Source of the DNA: Puccinia triticina | Lineage: Eukaryota | Length of the DNA stretch: 64,000 nucleotides | Assembly: GCA_026914245.1 (NCBI GenBank) | Contig: CP110440.1 | Location: forward strand, 1,860,001 to 1,924,000 | Reading direction: 5' to 3' | Part shown: piece by piece, positions 25,799 through 39,200 of the stretch | Layout of the letters: each line of letters begins with the position of its first letter | Position numbering within the stretch: the stretch's first letter is position 1 | Notes under the pieces: generated by a model | The model's database searches: none | Seen by the model: the letters and a program-made list of their open reading frames with translations, nothing else | Told to the model about the DNA's origin: nothing | Position numbers and translations under genes: made by a program

Positions 25799-26180
25799 TC
25801 ACATCCTGTTGCTTTTCTCAGGGGATTTTGTTGTTTCTTATTCTTCTCGCTTTCATACAAACCTCAACGTTCTGTCTGTCATTTTTCCCCAATCGCTTCA
25901 CCTTGTTTCTGAATCATGCCGACATATTTAGAATAGCAATGCCATCCCTAGCTTTCTCTGAGTGTTTATCTGACTTTTCTCTTTTCTGGTTATGGATTAT
26001 AACTTGTTGCTTTCAATTGTCAAATAAATAAATAAAAATCACTTTTCTATGAGATATAAAAAAGTACAAAAAACAATTTATCTGATTTGAATATCATCAT
26101 TTTTAAGCCAATGAGCCAAAGACAGGGAAAGCAACAAGGTTCACAAGAAGATGAGTACAAGAAATGAGTGGGTAGTTTTA

Positions 26181-27700
26181 GGGTGTGTACCATACGTTTC
26201 AGGTTTTTTTTGGAATGGATTCCCGCGCGGATCAAAAAAGCACTTTGCCATTTTTTTTTTTGACTTCTGAGAAACAGGTTCACCTAAATTGGTGTACCAC
26301 AGGAACCAGTTTCTTGTACATATTTATGTACATCAACACATTAACCCAGCAGTCCCTCCCATTGATGTCACTTCCCAGCAAACTACTCCACTCGGTGACC
26401 GAACATTGGTCATTGAGTGGAGCATAGCATACCCTCCAATCAACAACCGGTCAACATCGGTCATCCATTGGAGGGTATACATATTCCACTCAATGGCCGG
26501 TGTTGACCGGTCATCGAGTGGAGGGTATACATACTCCGCTTGATGACCATTCAACACCGGTCATCGAGTTGAAGCTATACATAATCCGCTTGATGACCGT
26601 TCAACACCGGTCATTGAGTTGAGGGTATACATACTCCGCTCAATGACCGTTCAAAACCGGTCATCAATCGGAGTCTACTCCACTCAATGACCGGGAAGAC
26701 AGATCATCAAGTGGAGTACACCCTCCGCTCGATGACCGTTCAACACCCGTCATTGATTGGAGGGTGTACATACTCCACTTGATGACCGGTCAACACCGGC
26801 CATTGAGTGGAATATGTATACCCTCCAATGGATGACCGATGTTGACCGGTCGTTGATTGGAGGGTATGCTATGCTCCACTCGATGACCAGTGTTCGGTCA
26901 CCAAGTGGACTATACCCTCCAATCAATGACCGGTCAAAATCGGTCATCGAGTGGAGTACACCCTCCAATCGATGACCGGGATGAGCGGTCATCAATTGGA
27001 GGAAGTACTCTACCCGATGGCCGGATGAGAGGTCATCGAGCGGAGGGTATGACCAGTCATCATGGTCATTGAGTGGAGCGCACACCTTCCGATCGATGAC
27101 CGGGATGAGTGGTCATCAATTGGAGGGTGTACTCCACCCGATGGCCGGTATGGGCGGTCATCGAGTGGAGGACTTGACCAGTCATCCCGGTCATTGAGTG
27201 TAGTGTATGTATACCCTCCAATTGATGGCCGGGGTGAGTTGTCATCAATCGGAGGGTGCTCCACCTGATGGCCGGGATGAGTGGTCATTGAGTGGAGGGT
27301 CTGACCAGTCATCCCAGTCATTGATCGGAGGGTGTGTACTCCACTCGATGGCCGGGATGAGATGTCCTCGAGTGGCGGGTATGACCAGTCATCCCGGTCA
27401 TTGAGTGGAATGTATACCCTCCGATTGATGGCCGGGGTGAGTGGTCAGCAATTGGAGGGTCCCGATGGCCGGGATGAGTGGAGTTCACACCATCCCCAGC
27501 GAAGAGAAATGGTTTCTCAAAGCTGGAGAAATAGGGGGACACCTGTTTCTGGAAACGCTTGTTTTTTGATGAGAATAAATTCTGGAATCTACCCAGAATT
27601 TGTGTGCTATGGTACGCAATTCTGATTCAAAATAGATTCTCGCAAAAAAAAGTTGAAACTCGCTTGAGAATCTATTTTTTTTCCGCTATGGTACGCACCC
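26181..27700. mobile_element. Non-autonomous PIF/Harbinger element
   Basis: TIR GGGTG(T/C)GTACCATA. TTA TSD on both sides. Internal array of GATGACCGG / GGTCATCGAGTGGAG repeats (~26380-27480). Confidence 0.85.
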
Positions 27701-28452
27701 TTAGAGATTGAGGGCTTCACAAGTCATTGACAATGTCGAGGGCTTTGACTGTTAGGAATCCCCTCCCACTTACATAATAGTGGAGAAGGGATTCAATCAA
27801 GCACACTTCATTAACTGGAATTTGTTGTTGTTCACAAGCTCACAACCTGTTGAATGAAAGAGCAAAGCTGTCGCCAATATGATCCAAGGTATTTATTGGG
27901 TGGTGCTGCATATCAAATTGTTCTTCCAATACCCAACAAAAGCAGTATCACATACTGTATTGGAAAGCCAATAAAATACAGTGGTATTGTATTGGTAAAA
28001 AATATGTCTTTTCTGGGTGATGTGGAGAAAATCCAATCACTCATCCCAGCAATACATCTGGTATTGGATTGTATTGTTGCTCTGATGTAAGCTATTCCAA
28101 TATGCTACCATTACCTTGTATTGTGCTAAAAAACAATCCAATTCCAAAACATGTATTGGACTGTTACAATTTTGCACTACAAAATAATGCAGGAGTTTTT
28201 TTCCACTACAAAACAGACCATAATGGTAATGTATGCAGGGGTTTTGCACAGCATGATAGCACATTTAGTGCAGTGTTAGCACAAATCTGCTTCAAACTTT
28301 GGCTTGCCAGAAACATCAGGGTTTTAGGTCTTTTAGTTCTATGTCAATTCCTGACAACTAGACTTTCTGATAACTGATGTGGTGTTTTATCAGACAAGCA
28401 CTGCACTGGTCCAAATTGAGCTTTTTTTGTTCAAACACATGAATTTAACCTT

Positions 28453-28480
28453 GCAGCGGCGAAGCCGCCTTGGCCTCTAG
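28453..28480 (+). mobile_element. Helitron 3' terminus
   Basis: GCGGC-GAA-GCCGC hairpin, CTTGGCCT spacer, CTAG|T. Confidence 0.75.
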
Positions 28481-29747
28481 TATAATCCAAGTATATTAAA
28501 GTCTCAGGTTCGTAGAAAAAAAATTCAAGGGTTCCCCCTACAATCTGCCAAAATAAAAAAAAAAGGTCACAGGTTCCCCTTATATCAAAACAGAGACCCC
28601 ACAAGCCGCAATTATCATACAAACAGACCAATTACAAAAAAATCCCACACAATTCTACTAATCCACATATGCCGCACCCAGCCACCTAGCGCAGCAAGCT
28701 GACGCACCGTGGCCCAACGCCCATCCCTGTCTAGCAGGGTTAAAAAGCGTTGGGAAGAGGACTCCCAGCCCGAAAGCACAGGGGGGCCCCCGAATATCCC
28801 CCGCCAGACTGCGCAAATGCTACAGCGGACGGGGGTGAGACGACCTTTCAGCTGGAAAACACAGCCTTCGAGTTGTCTGAGGAAGCAAATCCTGCTCCGG
28901 CTCTCCTTTTATAGCGCATCCAGGCGCCTTGGACCCCACCTGTCGCTTACAATCACTTTGCCAATCCATCACTACGCCACTCCCTCGCAACCCGCCGCCT
29001 CCTGCTCAAACAATCCCCTCCCCTGATCGCACGCTGACAAAATATCAAACCCTGCGCCCTCCCCACCACGGTATTCCGCAATCCGTTCCCAAATCAAATG
29101 TGTAAACCCAAAAATCACACTTTGCCTGGCCACCCCCCTGGCCATTGCCTCGCCAACCACCCTGATTTTCCACCGGTCTGAACCATCAAACCCAGCAACG
29201 GGCTTAACCAAGCCATCAACCAGCCTGTGAGACTGTTTTTGTGCTCTTTTATTTTACTTTTCCGCTAATCATACTCTTCGTTGGCTGCCAGATTGTCGTC
29301 CGGCTGTTTTTTTTCGGCCCTCTCCTGTTTTCCAACCCAATTTGTCGCACAGCACAGCACCCTCCTTATTATCAACAAATTCAAGAAAATACAACTCCAC
29401 TCACTTCCACACACACACACACATTTATCTACGCTGCCAAACCTAGCCGTTCCTTTTCCTCGTTTGAGCTGTCTCACGTGAGATAAATCATCATTCCAAT
29501 TATTACTATTGGTATTATTTTTGTTGTTGTTATCCCCTCAAGTTTTGAAAGAACCCATAAGTTTTGGTGGTAGGAGGATATTATTGGTTGTCGTTTGATA
29601 ACAGACACCTCCGGCACACTTACCTAGGAAGAATCACATTGACGACATTTGTCCAGCCCACGACCAACTGCGATAATTTATAGAGAGCTTAAAATATCCC
29701 CTTCAGCGGTCTGAACTTTTTTCTTCACCGGCAGACTGCAACAGGAA

Positions 29748-31749
29748 ATGAGCATGGTCTCGCATGTCGAAATATGTGAGGGCCTTACATAAGATGGCCA
29801 GCCAACTCGAGTGATAAAAATCATTGAAATCTTTGTGAAGCAATCCACAGAACCCACGCAATCCACTGCTCAGCGCTCACCCTTCAAGGCGACCGGTCCG
29901 AATCACTTCGACTGCCTGCCTAACGAGTTGCTCGAACGCATCATGAACTTTGCTGGGATGACAAACGGCACCTCGGCCGCAATCAACATGGACCCTTACG
30001 AGGCGGGCTGGAAGGACGAAGAGGAAGTGATTCAGTAGGTTCCAGTACCGGCTTGCCCCTCCAAAATAATTTATCATGGCTTTTACTTGAGCTGACCCAG
30101 CAGTTGTCAATCTGTATTTATAGGGATGCGGTCGGCTTTAGGTCTTCGATGGGAACGCTTCGTCAGGTCTGCTGGTGGTTTTTCCGTCTGGCAACACCAC
30201 TGTTCTTGAAACGCCTGGTGATCTGGGATGCGAACTGGGGCCATCGTCCGTTGGACCTGATCCTGAGGCTCAGCAAACTCTTGGGTGCCACCCCGGCCCA
30301 CGCATCTGTCACCGGGAAAGAACAGCCGGCGATCCGGCAACATCTAGGGTCTCAAGTACCCTACGGCCACCATGTCCGACAGCTAATTTTTTCCAATCGA
30401 ACAATCCCGCCGAGATTGGTATGCCAGTTACTCGAAACGATCCATTCCTTGCTTCCCAATCTCACCGCACTCGGAGGTCTCAGTCTGAGCCACATGCCGA
30501 GGTTACTGAGTCCGGCTATCCGCTTTCCTCGGCTGGTCTCGATCACCGGAATCGACTTGGCGGCGTCCTCAGAGCTCTGGACAGCAGGGCAGGACCACCC
30601 GGCAGATTTTGTGGAGACGCCGACGCTCATGGCCGGCCTGAACCAGTTCATCTCCCAGGAAGTCTTCCTCGGAATCTTGAACCATCATCCGCACATCTCC
30701 TACCTCTCCTGTCGCGGATTGCAGATCGACGAGGCCGGCGCAAACCTGCTCTCAGCCCTCTTACGCGCCAACTCGCGATCGCATTGTTGCCCTCACCTCT
30801 GCGCACCGGACAATTGATAGGACTCAAGATGTTACACATCGGTCTCAATTCTGTAATCGACCTCCAGCTCGTTAGACTATTACCTCATGTAGCACCCGAT
30901 TTACAACAGTTTGTCAAAATAGTACCCTCAACCACCTAATCAATCCATACCCACTAGCTGACACATGGGCACTACATATGTATGTGCGCTGACAGGTTGC
31001 ACATCAATGCGGGGTGCAAACTGGAAGATAAATCGACAGATAGCTCCCTAGCCTGGTCGATGAGCGAACTCCTTGGGATGCTTCCTCGACTAACTCATCT
31101 GACCTTTATTGCTCAACGCAATCTGCCCAGTCGACATGGGTCGCTAGGATGGGCATCGTCAAATGAGGTCCTCAGAGTAAGCTGTTTGCTTGGACTGATC
31201 TTGACCGAATGCTGATAGCTTCTCTCGCCCCCCCCTACCACAACCATCCGATACCGTCTTCGCATTTTGCCTACTCTTCTTTTTTTTTCAAATTAGTTTT
31301 CCCCTTGTGTCCAATCACTAAATCTTCGAATGGATTCGTTCACAACAGCCAATTTTTTTGACAGCCTTAATGACGACTCGATGACTCTTCGCCAACTAAA
31401 CGTCTGGCATCGACCGACGCTAAATCTGAACCCGGCTTCGGAGAGCTGGTCGATCATTTCGTTTGACTCTCCGCAGAAACTTCTCAATGAAACCGAGGGC
31501 CCAGAGACGTCTCCCCCTCAAGCCAATGATGATCAGAATGCTGTCAACGTTCAGTCCGAGCCAATCAAGGCTGAGCCCTAGACCGACACGAACTCACGAG
31601 ATCCAGCGTGAACCGCCCAGGTCTTCGATGCCTGTGCGATCAACCATCTGCCGCCCACCCAGCCCGAGGCCGTCTGGCACGCCGTTGGCACCAGTAAAGC
31701 TCGCCATTATTCAGTGCTCCGTGGTGTCAATCCTATACGTCCCTGCTAA
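29748..31749 (+). pseudogene. F-box / LRR(RNI)-like gene, probably disrupted
   Basis: F-box motif FDCLPNELLERIMNF...LRQVCWWFFRLATPLF. Frame-preserving GT-AG introns 30035-30123, 30909-30995 and 31177-31296. In-frame TAA at 29790, apparent frameshift at ~30800, TAG at 31579, TGA at 31609. Confidence 0.7.
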
Positions 31750-32934
31750 TCTTTAAATATAAGTATACCCTGAACTACTGTTGACCCAATCATCACCAAC
31801 AAAGAAAACAAAAGGGCAAATTGGACCAATAAAATGCCAAATCATCTCTTTTATTCCTTTTTGTCTTAAAGAATGACAATTAGGGTTCTCAGATTTAAAA
31901 ATGTACAAATTTTGAGCCTTATGAGTGCAACTTCCCTGTTGAGAAATGTATATGAAATTTGTTCCTGGGGGTAGCGGGGGGAAAAGAGAAGCTCACATTA
32001 CACAAACATATATAGTGAACATATTACTCTTAGTTACAGAGTAAATGATGAAAAGATTGCATGTCACCCAAATTTGAGAAGCCTAAATGTACATATGATG
32101 CTCCAGTCACAGATATGATGGGGGTTCTCAAAGTTGCGACATAGTGGCATATGTCATGAAAACATACAACCTTATTTGCGGGGACTGTCAAATGCTTCCC
32201 TGCAAAAACGGTGTGTATGGCAGTATGTCACATTTGTATGTTTTCAACTTTGAGAACCCTGAATGATGACTTAATGAAAGATAAGCTCTCCTCAGACTCC
32301 TCTTGGTGTGAAGTGATATCAGTGTTGGACCACCATTACCAGTAAAAAAAATGGTGACAGCCAAATACATTATGTTCTTGTTACTTCAAGTATTACCATA
32401 GCAATAAAGACCACTGCAGAAAAAATTGTGTCGACCGTGAGCAGTTGGCATGTGGTAACTTTGAGGAAGCCTCTGGTGTTACAGACAGTTACGTCAGCCT
32501 TATTGAAAGTTTGACTCAAACCAAGATTCAATGCAGAGTGACTGTTCCAACAAAGGCATATGTGCATTCAGGTGGAGCTAAAATGGCAGCTTGGCTTGAG
32601 TATCCTACATTTCAACTGCAAAAAGTTGATCCAGTTTTTTTTTGCAGTTCACCCACCATTGCTTATACTCTTCTCAGGGTGCAGATAAAGCTACCACATC
32701 ATGTGATCAAAAAAGGTCTGCATTTGAGCTAATGAATACAATGTTTTCTTGCTGGCTTGTGGTATATATTTTTGCCTGGAAGCTACAGCGGTGCATACTG
32801 GTAAACTGTTTTATTGATTTATTTCAAAGTAAGAAGAATAATGTACAAAATCTTGCCAGGAAAAGGCTCAAACTGAAATATCCATTGATCACTTTTTCAT
32901 ACCGGTGTTTTGATATGCTTGTGTGACTGAACAT

Positions 32935-32962
32935 GCAGCGGCGCAGCCGCCTTGGCCTCTAG
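32935..32962 (+). mobile_element. Helitron 3' terminus
   Basis: GCAGCGGCGCAGCCGCCTTGGCCTCTAG|T, one base different from 28453-28480. Confidence 0.75.
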
Positions 32963-33547
32963 TTAAAACAAAAAACTCATTTTAGCATCACCAAACTTTT
33001 GGCATGCCTTGTTATCTATAATTTTACATTATTAATGATCATGTTTTCAAATTAAAGCAAACAAACCATAAAATATTTGGCTGAAGATCTAATTTCAATC
33101 AGGCCTCTTTATCCTCATAGCTTTCATGTATTTTACCACAGGTGGATCATCCTATCTCTTGCTCAACATAGATCAAATGTGCTGTTAGACTCAAAATTGT
33201 TATGGCACAATAAATGCATTATGATTGGTTCATCAATTATCCCATATTTTCTTTTCAACCTTGACTTCATTCTTCCCAGTAGAGCTAACAGGTGGAGTTT
33301 GTCACACTGGTTGTAATATCAGATATTAACCCTCCTTGAGTCCTCCCCCTCCACAGTCAATTTACTTCTGCCAAATCTTCTAATCCCTAAGTTGCCTTCT
33401 CTGCTTGCTGCATGTTCATTTTTCTGCTGTTGCTTTATTCATGTCAAACATTTTGGGAAACTTTAAATTCAAATCCTTCCCCAACAAAGCTTGCTTTCTT
33501 GACTTATAGATTTGAGTCACAGCTGCAATTGAGTTGAAGCCTCAAAC

Positions 33548-33832
33548 CAGTACAAGAAAAACGTGTTCAACTGATGCCAGTTAATATGCAAGAGCTCTGA
33601 AGAACCTTGCACTGGTGCTATGCAAGCCTTTGTTCAATGCTTCTGTTCATCAAGCTTCAATACACAGTCACTGTGCATGCTGCGCAGTGACTGTGCAAAA
33701 AGAAATGGTCAAGTCTTTGGTCAACGCTACAACAGCGGTTACACCGGGGTATCTTGCATGCTGACTGGCATCAGTTGCACAAGTTTTGCTTGCAGTCAAC
33801 CCATATTGGTCAGCACATTTGTTCTTGTGCTG
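33548..33832. mobile_element. Degenerate MITE-like inverted repeat
   Basis: CAACTGATGCCAGT.A..ATGCAAGA / TCTTGCATGCTGACTGGCATCAGTTG plus an imperfect outer TIR. No TSD found. Confidence 0.4.
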
Positions 33833-33896
33833 TTGTGTTGATTGCACCAAAAAGTCGAGCTATTGATAACTTATTATTAGGACAAGATCCCTTGAT

Positions 33897-35530
33897 CTAA
33901 ATGATCAACTCGAAAATGCTTGAGATCATCTTAGGAATAGAAAGTTGTATAATTTCAGCGGGAGTGAGCGTAGTTGAGCCGGATTTGCCGGGGTCGGTGA
34001 GGGTGTTGATGGAGAGCCGTTCGGTCTTTGGGGACAACTTCTTTTTCTCCTTTGGTGGCTTTGGAGGAGATGTCTGGGAGGGCGGGTGAGAGGGCTTGAG
34101 GGGTTCAGACTTCGCGGACTCCATATTTGAACTGCCCTCTTGGGCCGGCAATTTAGGCGGTTTGATTGTCCAATCCGTCGTCATCTGCCTCGGCGAAGAG
34201 GGGGTAGCTTGAGACATCCTCATCTGTGTCTTGTGCAGCCCTCTGCTAGAGAGGCTCTGATTCAATGGCGAGCTGATCCGACAACAAGCCATCTCGCCAC
34301 TCATGTTACTACCAAGGGAATGCGAACTTACGCTACCCTTGGACCCTTTGGTCAAGCCAAAGCTGATTGACTTGCGCGGCCCGCTTTGGTTTTGGTTTTT
34401 GAAGGAGCTGGTCAAGCGGGGCAAATATGGAGCTTCAGAGGAATTTCAACCGCTACTTTCGCCAGTTATTGCGTCCACGATCTCATCAATCCCGCTGCTT
34501 GATGTACCCATTGATCCAGAGTCGTGGTTGCTTCCGGCAACGGTGAAACAGATACTATACAATACAGTATCTTCAGATACTTGTGTATTGTATCTGTTGA
34601 AAAATACAAAATTGTAAATAAAAATGTATTGTATCTGCCTGAAGATACAATACCATAGTATTGTATCAATAAATTGTTAAAACTTGATTTTCTTGTTTTT
34701 TGCCACTGTGGACTGTATACAGAAAAACTATCAAAAAACATAAAAATACAGTATCTTGTATTGGGCTGTATTTGCAACAAGATACCAAAGTTTGAATACA
34801 TTTGTATAGTATTGGTCTTTGAATACAATACAAATAAATAGTATTGGGTGCAAAACAGATACAAATACAGGCAGATACAGATACATGTATTGTATTTGTT
34901 TCACCGTTGCTTCCGGTACTCCCTCAACTGGATGAGATCTTGGTGGTGTGTTTGCTTAGCAGCGAGCCCGAGCTGATTGACTTCACGTTGCTGGAATCAT
35001 CAGAAGTTGCGCCACAAGATTTGTTGTTCTTCGGGACCACAAAAGGTAAGGTGATACTAAACTTTGAGCCCTGTCCCACAGTTGAATCTACCCGCAACTG
35101 GCCACCCATGTTGTGCACAACTCGTCCGAAAATGGCAAGCTCAAGAGCAATCGACTCACACATCGCTTCATCATGTGATTTGCCAGAGCCAACTTGTTCA
35201 AACGCACAGAAGATGTTCTCAAGTTGAGCTTCGGGGATACCCAGGCCGGTATCAGTAACAGCCACCAAAATTCTGTTTGCAGGAGCAAGATTCATTGGTC
35301 AGCCTCACAAAATATCAAGCTAATCAGCTGAGAAAGCACTTACCTGACAATGTCTTTGAGCAACCTGCTAATTCAGGGATGGAGATGGTGAATGCAAGCG
35401 AGGAGAGCTGGGGCGACTGGTTGATCTGATACTTCTGGTGGCCGGATGAGTGCCCGCTCAGGTTTGTAGCTGAAAGCATGGCTGTGGCACTGCAGGTCGG
35501 GACGGCGTGAGTGCATCCGAGATTTTCTGC
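33897..35530 (-). pseudogene. Hybrid histidine-kinase fragment (HATPase_c + Ser-rich linker), phytochrome-like
   Basis: VTDTGLGIP..LENIFCAFEQV..LAIFGRVVHNMGGQLRVDSTVGQGSKFSITLPF. Intron 35273-35343 (GTAAGT..GCTGAC..CAG). G2 box eroded, stops present, MITE inserted. No HisKA or REC domain recognised. Confidence 0.8.
34538..34909. mobile_element. MITE with 7-bp TSD
   Basis: TIR CAACGGTGAAACA. Perfect TSD CTTCCGG. Near-identical inverted copy at 60895-61252. Confidence 0.92.
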
Positions 35531-36296
35531 AAAGGTTGGAGAAGGTTAGTGAAGCGGAAAAATGGAGAAGCATTGACAGGGAAAAGGAATGTGGGGCAAA
35601 GGAACAGCAGATGTGACGTACAAGCACTACCAAGATGGATGAATTTGCGATGTTGTATATTGATCAATATAGCGTATATTGATCAATTTATATTGATCAT
35701 TTTTTTTATTTATTATTCCTCTTGATACCTTTGTCTGTTTTCCATGTCTCCTTGATACTATTCTATAATCTCTCTCCTTCTGCCTGTGTTAGCTTCAAGC
35801 CACAGGAATTTTTTTTTTCTTTTGCCTGATAAGATTCATAAATTTCTACATACACCACTCAATTCTTCCTGAAAAAAAGACGTTGCAAGCCTGAGGATTA
35901 ATGCAGGGTAGCTGAGGGGTCTCAAATTTCTTTTCTTTTTTTTTTTACTTCAACAATTGATGTTATCAGAAGTCTCCAGTTCGACTTTTTTTCAAAAGAG
36001 GAAAAACATTGACCCCTGACCTCTCTCATGATACCATCCTGCACACATTTTGAATTTGGTTGGTTGAACTTGCTCAAGATATTGCATATCATACTTGGAG
36101 TGCTACATGCATAGAAGGCCTTTTTGAAATTAGTTTACCATGGTTTAGCATATTTTTGTCAGGTTCTTTTTTTTATCTACTTTTGTTATCAACCACAGAT
36201 TAATGAGGAATATTTCCACATAAAATTTCATCGGACAATTTTTCTGCATATAAAACCCAGAAATATTTTAAAATATAATTTATTTGGGGTTGCATC

Positions 36297-39200
36297 CATT
36301 ATGCAGCAGCAACAATGTGATCAGTTCCCAAATATCACTAATTTGGTAGTTTCTGGCCCTTTCTGCCACTATATCTCAACAAAGCCTGGGAGTTCTTCCA
36401 TGATATTGGTATCAAAATGATCAATAGCCCCCAAGGATTCATTTTGTACCTTAAATTACCACATAACCCAAATGTAGCAGCTACAATCTGATCAGTTGCC
36501 AAATGTCACTAATTTGGTAGTTTCTTGGTGTTGCTGCCACTATATCTCAACACAGCCTGCGAATTCTTCCACGATATTGCGATCCAAATGATTAATAGCC
36601 CCCAAGGATTCATTGTGTACCTTAAATGACCACGAAACCCCCTAATGTAGCCCCTACAATCTGATCAGTTGCAGAATATCACTAATTTGGTAGTTTCTTG
36701 GTGTTTTTGCCACTGTATCTCAGCGCAGCATGGGAGTTCTTCCATGATATTGGTACCATAATGATCATATGCCCTCAAGAATTCCATGTGTACCTTGAAT
36801 GACCACAAAAACCCCAAATGTAGCAGCTACAATGTGATCAGTTGCCAAATATCACTAATTTGGTAGTTTCTTGGTGTTTCTGCCACTATATCTCAGCGCA
36901 GCATGGGAGTTATTCCAAGATATTGGTACCAAGATGATCAAATGCCCTCAAAGACTGATTGAGTACCTTGAATGACCACAAAACCCCCAAGTGTAGCAGC
37001 CAAGATGTGGTCAGTTGCCAAATATCACTAATTTGGTAGTTTCTTGGTGTTTCTGCCACTATATCTCAGGCCAGCATGGGAGTTATTCAATGATATTGGT
37101 ACCAAAATGATCAAATGGCCCTGAAGATTCATTGCGTACCTTGGATGACCACAAAACCCCCAAATGTAGCAGCCACAATGTGATCAGTTGCCAAATATCA
37201 CTAATTTGGAAGTTTCTTGGTGTTTCTGCCACTATATCTCAGGCCAGCATGGGAGTTCTTCCATGATATTGGTACCAAAATGATCAAATCGCCCTGAAGA
37301 TTCATTGTCTACCTTAGATGACCACAAAACCCCCAAATGTAGCAGCCACAATGTGATCAGTTGGCAAATGTTCTAATTTGGTAGTTTCTTGGTGTTTCTG
37401 CCACTATATCTCAGTGCAGCATGGGAGTTCTTCCATGATATTGGTACCAAAATGATCACATGCACTCAAACATTGATTGAGTATCTTGGATGACCACAAA
37501 ACTCCCAAATGTAGCAGCCACAATGTGATCAGTTGCCAAATATCACTAATTTGGTAGGTTCTTGGTGTTTCTGCCACTATATCTCAGCCCAGCATGGGAT
37601 TTATTCCATTATATTGGTACCAAAATGATCAACCACCCTCAAACATTCATTGAGTATCTTGGAAGACCACAAAAACCGCAAATGTAGCAGCCACAATGTG
37701 ATCAGTTGCAGAATATCACTAATTTGGTAGGTTCTTGGTGTTTCTGCCACTATATCTTAGCGCAGCATGGGAGTTCTTCCATGATATTGATACCATAATG
37801 ATCACATGCCCTCAAAGATTCATTGTGTACCTTGAATGACCACAGAAACCCCAAATCTAGCAGCTACAATGTGATCAGTTGCCAAATATCACTAATTTGG
37901 TAGTTTCTTGGTGTTTCTGCCACTATATCTCAGCGCAGCATGGGAGTTATTCCAAGATATTGGTATCAAGATGATCAAATGCCCTCAAAGACTGATTGAG
38001 TACCTTGAATGAACACAAAACCCCCAAGTGTAGCAGCCAAGATGTGGTCAGTTGCCAAATATCACTAATTTGGTATTTCTTGGTGTTTCTGCCACCATAT
38101 CTCAGCGCAGCATGGGAGTTCTTCCATGATATTGGTACCAAAATTATCAAATGCCCCTGAAGATTCATTGTGTACCTTGAATGACCAAAATACCCCCAAA
38201 TGTAGCAGCCACACTGTGACCAGTTGCAAAGTATCACTAATTTGGTAGTTTCTTGGTATTCCTGCCACTAAATCTCAGCGCAGCTTGGGAGTTCTTCCAT
38301 GACATTGGTACCAAAATTATCACATGCCCCTGAAGTTTCATTGTGTACCTTGAATGACCACAAAAACCCCAAATGTAGCAGCTACAAAGTGATCAGTTGC
38401 CAAATATCACTGATTTGGTAGTTTCTTGGTGTTTCTGCCACTTTATCTCAGCGCAGCGTGGGAGTCCTTCCATTATATTGATACCAAAATTATCAAACGC
38501 CCTCAAAGATTCATTGTGTACCTTGAATGACCACAAAACCCCCAAATGTAGCAGCCAAAATGTGATCAGTTGCCAAATATCACTAATTTGGTAGTTTCTT
38601 GGTGTGGCCGCCACTATATCTCAGCACAGCGTGGGAGTTCTTCCATGATATTGGTATCAAAATGATCAAACACCCTCAAAGATTCATTGAGTACCTTGGA
38701 CGACCACAAAACCCCCAAATGTAGCAGCCACAATGTGATCAGTTGCCAAATATCACTAATTTGGTAGTTTCTTGGTGTTTCATTGGTACCATAATGATCA
38801 CATGCCTTCAAATATTCATTGAGTACCTTGAATGACCACAAAAAACCCAAATGTAGCAGCCAAGATGTGATCAGTTGCCAAATATCCTTAATTTGGTAGT
38901 TTCTTGGTGTTTCTGCCACTATATCTCAGCGCAGCATGGGAGTTCTTCCATGATATTGGTAAAAAAATGATCACGTGCCCCTGAAGATTCATTGTGTACC
39001 TTGAATGACCACAATACCCCCAAATGTAGCAGCCACACTGTGATCAGTTGCAAAATATCACTAATTTGGTAGTTTCTTGGTGTTGCTGCCACTAAATCTC
39101 AGCGCAGCTTGGGAGTTCTTCCATCATATTGGTACCAAAATTATCACATGCCCTTGAAGATTCATTGTGTAACTTGAATGACCACAAAAACCCCAAACGT

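Noticed and set aside
26289..27625. Cluster of short ORFs
   Set aside because: Translations of the palindromic repeat array inside the TTA-flanked PIF-like element.
30175..30939. Second overlapping 254-aa gene
   Set aside because: Alternative frame of the F-box exon. Only its last ~35 codons look like the frameshifted continuation of that gene.
32370..32600. hAT dimerisation-domain remnant (LEQSLCIESWF on minus strand)
   Set aside because: Single short motif with no supporting upstream sequence.
34466..34864. Conserved 118-132-aa protein (also 60940-61296)
   Set aside because: Both ORFs lie within copies of the same AT-rich MITE.
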